A stretch of 59,857 nucleotides of DNA from Patescibacteria group bacterium (GCA_015493225.1 WGDO01000024.1:1-59857), one strand, 5' to 3'. Shown: positions 18,244 through 27,585, counted from the first letter of the stretch. The notes: generated from the letters alone by a model not told the origin. A program made the numbers and translations.

Positions 18244-18495
18244 ATGAAACAAATAATTCAAAATAAAAAAGAGAGTTATCCTAAGACTGGGGACTGGAAA
18301 ACAAAAATTCCGGTGGTTTCTGATAAATGTGTTGGTTGCGAGACTTGTGTAAAACATTGTCCAGAAGCGACGATGTTTATGGGAGAAATAAATGGTAAAA
18401 AACGAGCAGGAGTAAAATATGATTTTTGCAAGGGGTGTGGTGTTTGCGCGGAAGTTTGTCCTTATGGAGCTATTGAGATGAAAGATATTAAATAA
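18244..18495 (+). CDS. porD: 2-oxoacid:ferredoxin oxidoreductase, delta subunit (2x[4Fe-4S] ferredoxin)
   Basis: CVGCETCVKHCP and CKGCGVCAEVCP cluster motifs. Confidence 0.88.
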   Translation: MKQIIQNKKESYPKTGDWKTKIPVVSDKCVGCETCVKHCPEATMFMGEINGKKRAGVKYDFCKGCGVCAEVCPYGAIEMKDIK

Positions 18496-18725
18496 ATAAC
18501 AAGAAATAAGTTACAAGATACAAGAAATAAACAAATTACAAGATACAAATTACAAGAAACAAACAATAGGTAAGTGTTGGGTTGAAATAGTTAAATATTG
18601 GAACAGTAAATTATGTTTGAAAATTTTGTTATTGATCATTGGGATTTATTTGTTTCTTAGTGTTTGTTTCTTGGAAATTGAAGCGGTAAAAGTAAATAGA
18701 ATTAAATTTAAAATATAAAACTACA

Positions 18726-19847
18726 ATGAATCAACTAAATAAAACAAAAAAACAAGATTTAGCGCTTACCGGTGGTTATGCGATTGGTGAAGCGTTGCGA
18801 CAAATAAATCCGGATGTGATGGCGGTTTATCCCATCACTCCTCAGACACCAATTATTGCCTCTTTCAGTAAGCACGTGGCCGATGGAGAAGCTGATACGA
18901 AAATGATTGAGGTAGAATCAGAGCATAGTGCCATGAGTGCTTGCATTGGTGCTTCGGCTTCCGGAGCACGGGTGATGACCGCTTCCAGTTCCCAAGGAAT
19001 TATGTATATGATGGAGGTTATTCCGGTGGCAGCAGCGATGCGTTTGCCGATTGTGATGACAGTGGCTAATCGGGCAATTTCCGGAACGATAAATATTCAC
19101 AATGACCATTCCGACGCTATGGCGATGAGAGATTTTGGTTGGGTGCAAATTTTTTCAGAAACTGTCCAGGAGGCTTATGATGATACTTTTATTGCTTTAA
19201 GAGTCGCCGAAAAAGCTAAGCTACCAGTAGCACCGAATTTAGATGGATTCTTTATCACCCATAGTGTAGAGAATGTGAAATTACTGGATGATGAAGTTGT
19301 GAAAAAATTTGTGGGAGAATATATTCCGGAGAAATATTTATTTGATTTTGAAAATCCGGTGACCTATGGAGCATTGACTTTACAAAATAGTTATATGGAA
19401 ATTAGAGAGGAGCTTGGAAATGCTATGGGATTAGTGCCGAATATTTTTAGAGAAGTGACAAAGGAGTTTGCGGAAATTTCTGGGCGACAGTATGATTTTG
19501 TGGAGGAATATAAAATTGAAGATGCAGAAAGAGTAATAGTAGCAATGGGTTCAACGGCTGGAACAATTAAGGAAGCGGTGGATAATTTAAGGGAGCAGGG
19601 TGAAAAGGTGGGCTTACTCAAGATAAAATTATTTAGACCATTTCCCTATGAACAAGTTAAAAAATCTTTGCAAAATGCTCAGGAAATTATTGTGATGGAT
19701 AAAAATTTATCTATTGGTGCCAAACAAGTTTTGGAAAATGATGTGGTGGAATCTATTGGTTCCAGTGAAAAAGTGAGAAGCATGGTTTATGGGTTGGGTG
19801 GGAAGGAGGTTTTTGTAAAAGAAATTGAGGAATTAATTGGAAGTTAA
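18726..19847 (+). CDS. porA: 2-oxoacid:ferredoxin oxidoreductase, alpha subunit
   Basis: YPITPQT, ESEHSAMSACIGASASGAR, TASSSQG. Confidence 0.92.
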   Translation: MNQLNKTKKQDLALTGGYAIGEALRQINPDVMAVYPITPQTPIIASFSKHVADGEADTKMIEVESEHSAMSACIGASASGARVMTASSSQGIMYMMEVIPVAAAMRLPIVMTVANRAISGTINIHNDHSDAMAMRDFGWVQIFSETVQEAYDDTFIALRVAEKAKLPVAPNLDGFFITHSVENVKLLDDEVVKKFVGEYIPEKYLFDFENPVTYGALTLQNSYMEIREELGNAMGLVPNIFREVTKEFAEISGRQYDFVEEYKIEDAERVIVAMGSTAGTIKEAVDNLREQGEKVGLLKIKLFRPFPYEQVKKSLQNAQEIIVMDKNLSIGAKQVLENDVVESIGSSEKVRSMVYGLGGKEVFVKEIEELIGS

Positions 19848-19965
19848 GAGGTTAGGAATTTGGGAGGTTAGGAACTTAGGAATTTTGATTGAAAAATTTA
19901 AGATTTTGAAGGCATGTTTAATAATCGGGTTTTTAAAAATAAAGTTATTTATATAAATTAATACT

Positions 19966-21147
19966 ATGTCAGAGCGTTTTCAAGAAGGTGACATGCATAG
20001 AGGGAAAGAAATGGTTAATATCCATTCAAGGTCTGAAAATCCAGATGCTAGGATACTTAGTAATTTAACTAGAACGCCATTTAATTACGGAGGATATAAT
20101 TTTCAATGTGTTGAAGCGGCATTGCAGGGAATTAAATTTGAAGATAAAGAGCGGAGAGAAAGAGTGTTCAAAATGTCTGGTAGAGAAGCCTTGGCGGCAG
20201 GTCGTGAGATTACAAACAGTATTAAGGCTGGAGAAAAAAGATTTGTTTATTGGAATGATAGAGAGATTGTGTATAATAGTGATGAGCATAGGGATTTACT
20301 AAAAGAATTTATTAAAGCAAAGATTAGACAAAATCCCGATGTTCAAACCGCTTTGCTTAATTTGAGTGATAATTTTATCTATTATTATGTCGGAGAAGAA
20401 TCAGAACATACTTTATTACCAGAAAGAATATACATGCAGACATTAATTTCAGAGAGAGAAAGATTGGAATATTTAAAAGGGTTGAAAGAAACTTTTCAAG
20501 AGGCATACGATGAAAATAAAGAACCAACTTATGCCATTACGCGTAAGAGTATAGTGAATAAATTGACAGAAGAGTTACGTGATCGAACGCAAGCTAAACA
20601 GGTAATAGTTTTGGATATTGGCGCAAATGATCAAAGATTGGAACAAGAGTTATTTGTAGAATTAGAAAAAAATGCGATATCAAGGCCGCATGTAATTGCT
20701 TCGGATATAATTGAAATGTCCGCAGATAATTCATTAAAAGAAGTTAGTACAATACAGACAAATGCATTAGATCTTGCTGTTCTTTCAGAAAAAGTTGATA
20801 TAATTATTTCTAATTTTACTCTTAACTATTTACCAAAGAAGGCTTTAGAAGAAAGTTATCGAGTGTTAAAAAATGATGGAACAATTATATGTACTTTTCA
20901 TGACTTGAAAGCTCTTAAAGAAATAGAGAGGGAAGAGTTAATGGAAGAAGCTCTTAATGAGGAGGAAAAAGAAGATAGAGAAAAATTTGAATTTGGGTAT
21001 GATAGGTATTCTATAAATGATAATGATATTGATAAAATAAAGAAATATTTTGAAGATGTTGGGTTTCAAGATATTGTAGTAGAGAAGAAAAAAGGCGAGG
21101 AGGAAGGGGAAATAATATCTTGGTTTGAAATTCAAGCAATTAAGTAG
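19966..21147 (+). CDS. Fusion protein: NADAR(YbiA)-like N-terminal domain plus class I SAM-dependent methyltransferase-like C-terminal domain
   Basis: The N-terminus LSNLTRTPFNYGGYNFQCVEAALQGIKF...AKIRQNPDVQTALL resembles the NADAR pattern FSNF..F.S.EH.FQA.KF...KF.QN..L...LL. The C-terminus has VIVLDIGAND (motif I-like), DIIISNFTLNYL and LKNDGTIICTF. Confidence 0.55.
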   Translation: MSERFQEGDMHRGKEMVNIHSRSENPDARILSNLTRTPFNYGGYNFQCVEAALQGIKFEDKERRERVFKMSGREALAAGREITNSIKAGEKRFVYWNDREIVYNSDEHRDLLKEFIKAKIRQNPDVQTALLNLSDNFIYYYVGEESEHTLLPERIYMQTLISERERLEYLKGLKETFQEAYDENKEPTYAITRKSIVNKLTEELRDRTQAKQVIVLDIGANDQRLEQELFVELEKNAISRPHVIASDIIEMSADNSLKEVSTIQTNALDLAVLSEKVDIIISNFTLNYLPKKALEESYRVLKNDGTIICTFHDLKALKEIEREELMEEALNEEEKEDREKFEFGYDRYSINDNDIDKIKKYFEDVGFQDIVVEKKKGEEEGEIISWFEIQAIK

Positions 21148-21164
21148 TTAATTATAAGTGAATT

Positions 21165-21581
21165 ATGAATTTAAAACAAAGTACAATTAAGGCGGGGGGA
21201 AATTTGCGGAAGATGATACCAATATTGGTTGGGGTATTGTTGCTGGCGACATTGTTAAATAATTTAGCCCAGCGATACTATGATAAATTATTTACTGGGA
21301 ATTATTTAAAGGATACTTTTATCGGAGCTATTGCTGGAAGTTTATCGTTTGGTATGGCCTTAACAAGCTATGTGGTTGGAGGAGAATTTTTACACAACGG
21401 AGTAAGTCTATTAGCGGTAACTGCTTTTGTTATGACTTGGACAACCGTTGGTATTATGATGTTGCCATTGGAGGCGAAAATGCTAGGTACAAAATTTGCT
21501 GTTTGGCGGAATATTTTTAATTTTATATTTGCAATTGTTATTTCCATTTTAACAGTTTTAATTCTTAATATGATCCAATAA
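21165..21581 (+). CDS. Integral membrane protein (possible half of a two-component permease)
   Basis: 138 aa with about 4 TM helices. Its stop lies 1 nt before the start of the next membrane ORF. Confidence 0.6.
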   Translation: MNLKQSTIKAGGNLRKMIPILVGVLLLATLLNNLAQRYYDKLFTGNYLKDTFIGAIAGSLSFGMALTSYVVGGEFLHNGVSLLAVTAFVMTWTTVGIMMLPLEAKMLGTKFAVWRNIFNFIFAIVISILTVLILNMIQ

Positions 21582-21582
21582 T

Positions 21583-22107
21583 ATGACTGAAAATAAAAAT
21601 GCTAAAACTATTGCGAAGAAGGGGAGGGGAATTTATATTTTTTGGAGTGTTGTGCTTATTATTTATATTGTTGTTTTTCTGGTTGATGGTTCTTTGGCGA
21701 TGAAAAGTTTACAAGAAACAGGGATAACTTTATTGAAGATTTTGCCAATTTTTGTTTTAATTTTTGTAATAATGGTGTTGAGTAATTTATTTTTAACGCC
21801 AGAATTGGTGAAAAAACATTTTGGTAAGGAGGCGGGTTTAAGAGGATGGATTTATGCTTTGCTTTTTGGAGTTTTGGTAGCCGGGCCTCCTTATGCTTTG
21901 TATCCAATGTTAAAAAATATGAGAGAGCATGGTTTAGAGATAAAATATATGGCCACTTTTTTATATAATCGTAATGTGAAATTAGCACTTATTCCAGCAA
22001 TGATTTATTATTTTGGTTGGCAATACACAATGGTGATAACTGTTTTGGTGATAATTTTTTCTGTTTTCAATGGGTTGATTTTGAATGTGTTGGTAAAGGA
22101 TAATTAG
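21583..22107 (+). CDS. Integral membrane protein (possible second half of a two-component permease)
   Basis: 174 aa with about 5 TM helices. Tightly coupled to 21165-21581. Confidence 0.6.
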   Translation: MTENKNAKTIAKKGRGIYIFWSVVLIIYIVVFLVDGSLAMKSLQETGITLLKILPIFVLIFVIMVLSNLFLTPELVKKHFGKEAGLRGWIYALLFGVLVAGPPYALYPMLKNMREHGLEIKYMATFLYNRNVKLALIPAMIYYFGWQYTMVITVLVIIFSVFNGLILNVLVKDN

Positions 22108-22157
22108 TAGGTAAAGAAAAATTTTATTAGTCGTTTATAATTTATAATTTAAAATTT

Positions 22158-23072
22158 ATGTCAATACAAAATACACAAGAAAAAGTTTCGGCGATGACGA
22201 CCTGCGCTGGGTGTCCTATTGGTTTGGTGGCTCGTACTGTTTTGGGATTGGTGGATGGCCCGGCGGTGGTTACCGGTGCTACTGGTTGTATGGAGGTTAC
22301 TTCAACAATTTATCCTAACACTTCCTGGAAAGTGCCATACATTCATAGTGTCTTTGGAAATGCCGGAGCGACTATTTCCGGGGTTGAAACGGCCTGGAGA
22401 GCATTGGAGGAACGAGGTAAAGTTAAGGACCAAAAGAAACCTAAATTCATTGCTTTTGCTGGAGATGGAGGAAGCTATGATATTGGTTTGCAGGCCTTAT
22501 CTGGAGCGTTGGAAAGAGGGCATGATTTTTTGTTTGTGACTTATGATAATGAAGGCTATATGAATACGGGACATCAACGGAGTGGAGCAACACCAATTGG
22601 ATCTAGCACTGAAACTACTCCAGCCGGAAAAGAATCAATTGGAAAATCAATTCGGCGTAAAGATTTGATGCAAATTGTTACTGCTCATCGTCCGGCTTAT
22701 GCGGCTACGGCCAATGTTGGGTTCTTGGCCGACTTTGAAAGAAAGGTTAAAAAGGCTTTGGAAGCAAAAGGCCCATCTTTTATTTTGGTTTTTTCCCCAT
22801 GTGTTCCTTTGTGGAAATATCCAGAATCACAAACTATCAATATTGCTAAATTGGGGACAGAAACAAATTTTTGGCCGTTGTATGAGTATGAAAATGGAGA
22901 ATATAAATTAAGTTATGAGCCGAAGGAAAAAATTTCAGTGGAAGAATTTTATAAAACTCAGGGACGATTTAAGCATCTTTTTAAGCGAAAAGACAAAGAA
23001 AAAATCTTTGCGGATATTCAAGATATAACCGACAAAGAATGGAAAAAGGTGAAAAAGTTGTGTAATAATTAA
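22158..23072 (+). CDS. porB: 2-oxoacid:ferredoxin oxidoreductase, beta subunit (TPP-binding)
   Basis: CAGCP, GATGCMEV, FAGDGGSYDIGLQALSGA, YDNEGYMNTGHQRS. Confidence 0.92.
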   Translation: MSIQNTQEKVSAMTTCAGCPIGLVARTVLGLVDGPAVVTGATGCMEVTSTIYPNTSWKVPYIHSVFGNAGATISGVETAWRALEERGKVKDQKKPKFIAFAGDGGSYDIGLQALSGALERGHDFLFVTYDNEGYMNTGHQRSGATPIGSSTETTPAGKESIGKSIRRKDLMQIVTAHRPAYAATANVGFLADFERKVKKALEAKGPSFILVFSPCVPLWKYPESQTINIAKLGTETNFWPLYEYENGEYKLSYEPKEKISVEEFYKTQGRFKHLFKRKDKEKIFADIQDITDKEWKKVKKLCNN

Positions 23073-23084
23073 TAATTTAAAAAT

Positions 23085-24209
23085 ATGTTAAAAATAATTC
23101 AAAACAATTTAATGCTTTTTATTGTTTTGGCGATGGTAGCGGGATTGGCTAATGTGCAAATTTTTGGTGGATTTGGGTTTACGTCTTTAATTTGTTTGTT
23201 GGCGGCTTTGGTGATGATTTATCCTTCTTTGGTACCGTTGGATTTTGGTAAAATCGGAGAAGTTAAAAAGCACTGGAAAATAATGTTAATTTCTGTGGTG
23301 CTTAATTTTATTTTAGCACCTTTGGTGGCCTATTGGATTAGTGGAATATTTTTAATTGATAATCCGGCAATGCGACTTGGTTTTATAATTTTGGCTTTGT
23401 TGCCGGGAGGAGGAATGGTTACCACCTGGGCTTTAAAATCTAAGGCAGATATGATGACTACGGTGGGAATTGTTCTGTTAAATTTATTATTGGCGGTTGT
23501 TTTAGTGCCTTTTGGCATTTCTTTGGCGACAAAGAAGTTAGACTTGGGTCAGGCTAAACAAACTGTTTCTATAAAAAATGCTGCTCAGATAAATCAATTG
23601 TCTAAAAATAAACAATTGAATAATAAAATTGGGTATTTGTCGGAAAAAAATAGTCAAGAAGAATGTGTAGTGGAAAAGATTACCAAAGGAAAAGCTTCCT
23701 GTGCCTTGGGTGGAGAAGGTATTACACCGATGAAGATTGCTATTCCTATCATTTTTATTATTTTCTTTCCATTAACTTTGGCTTTTGTTACGCAGAAGAT
23801 ATTGATTAAATATAAGGGACAAAAATTTTTTGATAAGAAAAAGAAGGTTTTTGGAGCTTTTAGTAATTTTGGGTTATTAGTGGTTTTGTTTGTTTTAATG
23901 AGTTTGAAGAATAACGCTACTATTTTTGAGCAGGCAGATTTACTTTTGAAAATATTTATCGCTCTATTGTTATTTTATGGAATTACTTTTACGGTTGCTT
24001 ATTTCTTGTATAAGAAATTTTATAATAATTCTCAGGGTAAAGCTCTGTTGTGGGGAAGTTATCTTCGTTATATCACCTTAGCTCTAGGCTTGGCGATTTC
24101 GTTGGTGTTTCAAGATGAGTCATTATCGCCGATTATTTTAGTTATTGTTTTGTCATATTTTATTCAAATACCATCTTCTTTTCTAATTGTGAAATTATTG
24201 CAAAAATAA
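23085..24209 (+). CDS. ACR3/BASS-superfamily transporter (ACR3-like)
   Basis: MIYPSLVPLDFGKIGEV..., and LLPGGGMVTTWALKSKAD aligning with the ACR3 AAPCTAMVFVW region. About 10 TM helices with a hydrophilic insert of about 60 aa mid-protein. Confidence 0.65.
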   Translation: MLKIIQNNLMLFIVLAMVAGLANVQIFGGFGFTSLICLLAALVMIYPSLVPLDFGKIGEVKKHWKIMLISVVLNFILAPLVAYWISGIFLIDNPAMRLGFIILALLPGGGMVTTWALKSKADMMTTVGIVLLNLLLAVVLVPFGISLATKKLDLGQAKQTVSIKNAAQINQLSKNKQLNNKIGYLSEKNSQEECVVEKITKGKASCALGGEGITPMKIAIPIIFIIFFPLTLAFVTQKILIKYKGQKFFDKKKKVFGAFSNFGLLVVLFVLMSLKNNATIFEQADLLLKIFIALLLFYGITFTVAYFLYKKFYNNSQGKALLWGSYLRYITLALGLAISLVFQDESLSPIILVIVLSYFIQIPSSFLIVKLLQK

Positions 24210-24254
24210 ATTATTCGTGATATATTATAAGTGTAACGGGATTATTTCAAAAAA

Positions 24255-24647
24255 ATGACAAAAGTTAATAAAGATAAGGAAGAGAGTGTTTTTAGGGGGA
24301 ATGAGGTAATGATGATGCTGGAGCAAATGAGCGACGGTATTGCTGTGATTGCGGAAGAACAAAAGGGATTAAGGGAGGGGCAAGATAAATTACGCACAGA
24401 GCTTAAAGAAGAAATCCAAGGCGTCCGCACAGAACTTAAAGAAGAAATCCAAGAGTTTCGTGATGAAGTTAATGAAAAATTTGATTCCGTATTTGAATTT
24501 TTATCAAGCATAGAGGATGAATTAGTAGACCTTAGAAAAGAAATAAATATTTTAAAGGAAGCTAAGGCTGATGATGAAAAAGTGATTGATTTAGACAAAA
24601 GGGTTAGTATTCTAGAGGAACAATTTGAAATGGTGAAGGCAAATTAA
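24255..24647 (+). CDS. Hypothetical coiled-coil protein
   Basis: 130 aa, heptad-rich and E/K-rich. Contains an in-frame 11-aa tandem duplication. Confidence 0.55.
   Translation: MTKVNKDKEESVFRGNEVMMMLEQMSDGIAVIAEEQKGLREGQDKLRTELKEEIQGVRTELKEEIQEFRDEVNEKFDSVFEFLSSIEDELVDLRKEINILKEAKADDEKVIDLDKRVSILEEQFEMVKAN
24393..24458 (+). repeat. 33-bp in-frame tandem duplication (RTELKEEIQGV / RTELKEEIQEF)
   Basis: cgcacagagcttaaagaagaaatccaaggcgtc followed by cgcacagaacttaaagaagaaatccaagagttt. Confidence 0.9.
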
Positions 24648-24772
24648 GTAGGTTTAATAAAAAAATTGAAACAAATACATTTTTATGGTAAACTGCCTAA
24701 GTAGGGTGGTTTATTTTTTATATTTTCAAATTGGAGTTTAAAAATTTTCAAATTTCTAAATTTTTAAATTCC

Positions 24773-24945
24773 TATATTAGATCTCTTGCAAAACCCTTCA
24801 CTATAAAAAACCAATTTTTTCTGCTAATTTTCCTTTAAAATTTTTGTCCTATGCTGAGGCATAAGAAAAAAATTTATGCAGAAAAATTAACAGAAAATCT
24901 AAGCTTTTTTATTAAGCGAATGGTTTTGTAAGAGGTCTATTCATA
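24773..24945. repeat. About 170-bp imperfect palindromic element related to the TAGACCTCT-end family
   Basis: The left end tatattagatctcttgcaaaacc matches the reverse complement of the right end ggttttgtaagaggtctattc at about 17 of 21 positions. Nested internal inverted repeats include tttttctgc/gcagaaaaa and tatgc-tgag-gcata. Confidence 0.5.
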
Positions 24946-24981
24946 ACTTCCTAAATTCTTAATTTTCTAACTTCTTAAAAT

Positions 24982-26160
24982 ATGGATTTCAGTATAATAA
25001 TTTTTATAGTTTTATTAATTTTAGTAGCCGTAGCCATTGTGTTTTTTATCAGTAAAAAAATAGGTGACTTAAAACAGGAGCTAAATAAGCCGAAGGATGA
25101 ACAGTCAATAATGATGCTTCAACAACAATTAGGGCAACTTTCAGCCACTTTGGATAGTAAATTATCTCAGGCAAATAAACTAACTCAGGAGCAGGCCCAG
25201 GAAAGTACAAAATTTATGACCAACGCGTCCAAGGAAAGTCGGCAAACTTTGGAAAATGTTACCAGAGAAAGTCGAGAAATTTTAGCTAAGGTTACTGATC
25301 AGTTTAATGAAATGAATAAGTATTCCCAGGAATCAACTAAACAGGTTGTGCATAAACTTACTCAACTAGACGAAACTAACAAACAAGTAGTTGGTTTTTC
25401 AGAACAGTTGAAAAATTTGCAGGATATTTTGAAAAATCCAAAGCAAAGAGGTGTTTTGGGAGAATATTATTTAGAGGAAACATTGAAAAATGTTTTACCG
25501 CCAAATTCCTATGAGATGCAGTATGGTTTTAAGAATGGTGAGATAGTTGATGCAGTTGTCTTTGTGGATAAAAAAATTATTCCCATTGACTCAAAATTTA
25601 GTTTGGAAAATTACGAAAGACTTTTAAATTGTAATGACCCGGAAGAGCGAGAAAAAATTGCTAAAAGTTTTAAAGAGGATCTAAAGAGGCGAATTGACGA
25701 AACGGCAAAGTATGTTCGGCCTGGTGAAAATACAGTTGATTTTGCTTTTATGTTTATTCCTTCGGAATCAATTTATTATGATTTATTAGTGAATAAAGTC
25801 GGGGCAACTTCGGTGTCTTCACGGGACTTGATCGAGTATGCTTTTAAAGATAAGCATGTGGTTATTGTTTCACCTACATCATTTTTAGCTTATTTGCAAA
25901 CGGTGCTTCAGGGTTTAAGGGCTTTAGAAATCAATGGGAAGGCAAAATTAATTCAAAAGAATGTGGAAAAATTGAGTAAACACTTGCAGGTTTATGAGGA
26001 TTTTCATAGTAAGTTGGGAAATCAATTAAATACTGTTGTTAACCATTATAAGAGAAGCACTCAGGAATTTAAAAAAATTAATAAAGATGTTACTAAAATT
26101 ACTGAGGGCAAAGAGGAGTTTCAAATAGAAGAGGTGGAAGTGAAAAAAATAAGTGAATAA
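24982..26160 (+). CDS. rmuC: DNA recombination protein RmuC
   Basis: N-terminal TM helix, a long coiled coil, and a C-terminal nuclease-like region (DFAFMFIPSESIYYDLL, VVIVSPTSFLAYL). Confidence 0.88.
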   Translation: MDFSIIIFIVLLILVAVAIVFFISKKIGDLKQELNKPKDEQSIMMLQQQLGQLSATLDSKLSQANKLTQEQAQESTKFMTNASKESRQTLENVTRESREILAKVTDQFNEMNKYSQESTKQVVHKLTQLDETNKQVVGFSEQLKNLQDILKNPKQRGVLGEYYLEETLKNVLPPNSYEMQYGFKNGEIVDAVVFVDKKIIPIDSKFSLENYERLLNCNDPEEREKIAKSFKEDLKRRIDETAKYVRPGENTVDFAFMFIPSESIYYDLLVNKVGATSVSSRDLIEYAFKDKHVVIVSPTSFLAYLQTVLQGLRALEINGKAKLIQKNVEKLSKHLQVYEDFHSKLGNQLNTVVNHYKRSTQEFKKINKDVTKITEGKEEFQIEEVEVKKISE

Positions 26161-26169
26161 TTGTTTGTA

Positions 26170-26221
26170 CCTCCTGTGTAAAGGGAGTCAAAATCTGAGG
26201 GATGAAGATTTTGGGGGTTTT
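26170..26221. mobile_element. Orphan left end of the CCCCCTGTGTAAAGGGGG-TIR family (degenerate)
   Basis: cctcctgtgtaaagggagtcaaaatctgagggatgaagattttgggggtttt. It is followed by aaaatttgac, which resembles the family's right-end aaatttgac. Confidence 0.6.
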
Positions 26222-26226
26222 AAAAT

Positions 26227-26254
26227 TTGACAATCTTAAAATTCGCGGTATAAT
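26227..26254 (+). promoter_or_regulatory. Sigma-70-type promoter of the atp operon
   Basis: TTGACA (26227-26232), 16-bp spacer, TATAAT (26249-26254). Confidence 0.7.
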
Positions 26255-26288
26255 AATAGAGTTATTTTAAAAATAACATCTTTTGGAT

Positions 26289-26597
26289 ATGAATAAATTG
26301 ACAGTGAAAAAAAAGAAAAAGATTATTCAGTCAACCGGTGGGGCGGGAGATATATCTGTTATTTCTTTGGCCTGGGATTTGGGTTGGATGATTGCCTTGC
26401 CGATAGTTTTGTTGGCCATTGGTGGTGCAATATTGGATAAAAAGTTTCAATCTTCGCCTTGGTTTTTGTTGGGAGGTATTGGATTGGCTTTTGTAATAAG
26501 TTCGGTGATGGTTTATGGGAAAGTGCTGAGAGCGATGGCGGATTTATCGGTGAGTGAAGACTTGTTAAAAGATAGTAAGAGGCGTAGTAATAAGTAA
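26289..26597 (+). CDS. atpI: AtpZ/AtpI-family small membrane protein
   Basis: Lies upstream of atpB. Two hydrophobic helices (WDLGWMIALPIVLLAIGGAILD; WFLLGGIGLAFVISSVMVY). Confidence 0.6.
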   Translation: MNKLTVKKKKKIIQSTGGAGDISVISLAWDLGWMIALPIVLLAIGGAILDKKFQSSPWFLLGGIGLAFVISSVMVYGKVLRAMADLSVSEDLLKDSKRRSNK

Positions 26598-26610
26598 CAG
26601 GTGTATCAGT

Positions 26611-26645
26611 AATTTGAAATTTGAAATTTGAAATGAATTTGAAAT
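26611..26645. repeat. 35-bp word repeat identical to 49750-49784
   Basis: aatttgaaatttgaaatttgaaatgaatttgaaat. Confidence 0.85.
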
Positions 26646-26820
26646 GATTAATTTTTTAAAACTAAGACGTGATTTGGGTGTGTAACACGGAGAGGTCTAT
26701 TAAATAATTTAATCATTCATTTTAAATTTAAAATTTTAAATTTAAAATTGCAGGGCGTTGAAATAGGTTCTGCAGTTGATGTTAATTTATAAAGTTATAG
26801 CAAAAACTTAATCTATCACC

Positions 26821-27585
26821 ATGGAACAAGCCCTGATAAAGCCCTCATTTACTCCAGAAGTAGTTGCGCAGATTGGTAATTTTCCCATTACTAATTCCTT
26901 TTTGGTGACCTTGGTAATTAGTGCGGTAATTATCATTGGTGCTTTGTTATTAAAGCGTGGAATAAAAAATGGTAAACCAAGTGGATTTCAAAATATAATA
27001 GAAATGGTATTTGAGGGATTATTGGATTTAGTTGATGGGGTTACCGGAAATCGTGAGCAAACTAGGAGATTTTTTCCTTTAGTAGCCACGATTTTTATTT
27101 TTGTTATTTTAATTAATTGGGTAGAGGTGGTACCAGGATTGGGTACGGTTGGTGTTGAAGAAATACATCATGGAGAAAAAGTATTATTGCCCTTTATTAG
27201 GAGTGCGGCCGCTGATTTAAATGTGACTTTGGTGATTGCTTTGGTTGCGGTGGTGGCTTCTCAATTCATGGGAATTACTGCTTTAGGATTTAAAAAATAT
27301 GCTGGAAAATTTTTAGTTAGTCCTTTTAAAAAACCATATTTCGTAGGAACGTTTGTAGGGATACTTGAAATTATCTCAGAATTTGCTAAAATAATATCAT
27401 TCTCCTTTCGTTTGTTTGGGAATATATTTGCTGGAGAAGTTTTGCTGACAGTGATGTTGATGTTGGTACCCTTGTTTATTCCTTTGCCATTTTTATTTTT
27501 GGAAATTTTTGTTGGTTTTATTCAGGCTTTGGTGTTTGCAATGTTAACATTGGTTTTTATGAAGATGGCGACGGAAGCACACTAG
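26821..27585 (+). CDS. atpB: F0F1 ATP synthase subunit a
   Basis: FSFRLFGNIFAGEVLL (conserved Arg helix) and a multi-TM profile. Confidence 0.93.
   Translation: MEQALIKPSFTPEVVAQIGNFPITNSFLVTLVISAVIIIGALLLKRGIKNGKPSGFQNIIEMVFEGLLDLVDGVTGNREQTRRFFPLVATIFIFVILINWVEVVPGLGTVGVEEIHHGEKVLLPFIRSAAADLNVTLVIALVAVVASQFMGITALGFKKYAGKFLVSPFKKPYFVGTFVGILEIISEFAKIISFSFRLFGNIFAGEVLLTVMLMLVPLFIPLPFLFLEIFVGFIQALVFAMLTLVFMKMATEAH

Noticed and set aside
20065-22911. Short alternative-frame or antisense ORFs in the por region (20065-20302, 20938-21135, 21659-21988, 22219-22539, 22675-22911)
   Set aside because: They overlap better-supported ORFs and have no motifs.
24242-24598. 118-aa Ser-rich ORF antisense to the coiled-coil ORF
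   Set aside because: Ser/Leu/Phe-rich translation is the typical mirror of a Glu/Lys-rich coiled-coil gene. The plus-strand reading is more protein-like, though neither reading has a family match.
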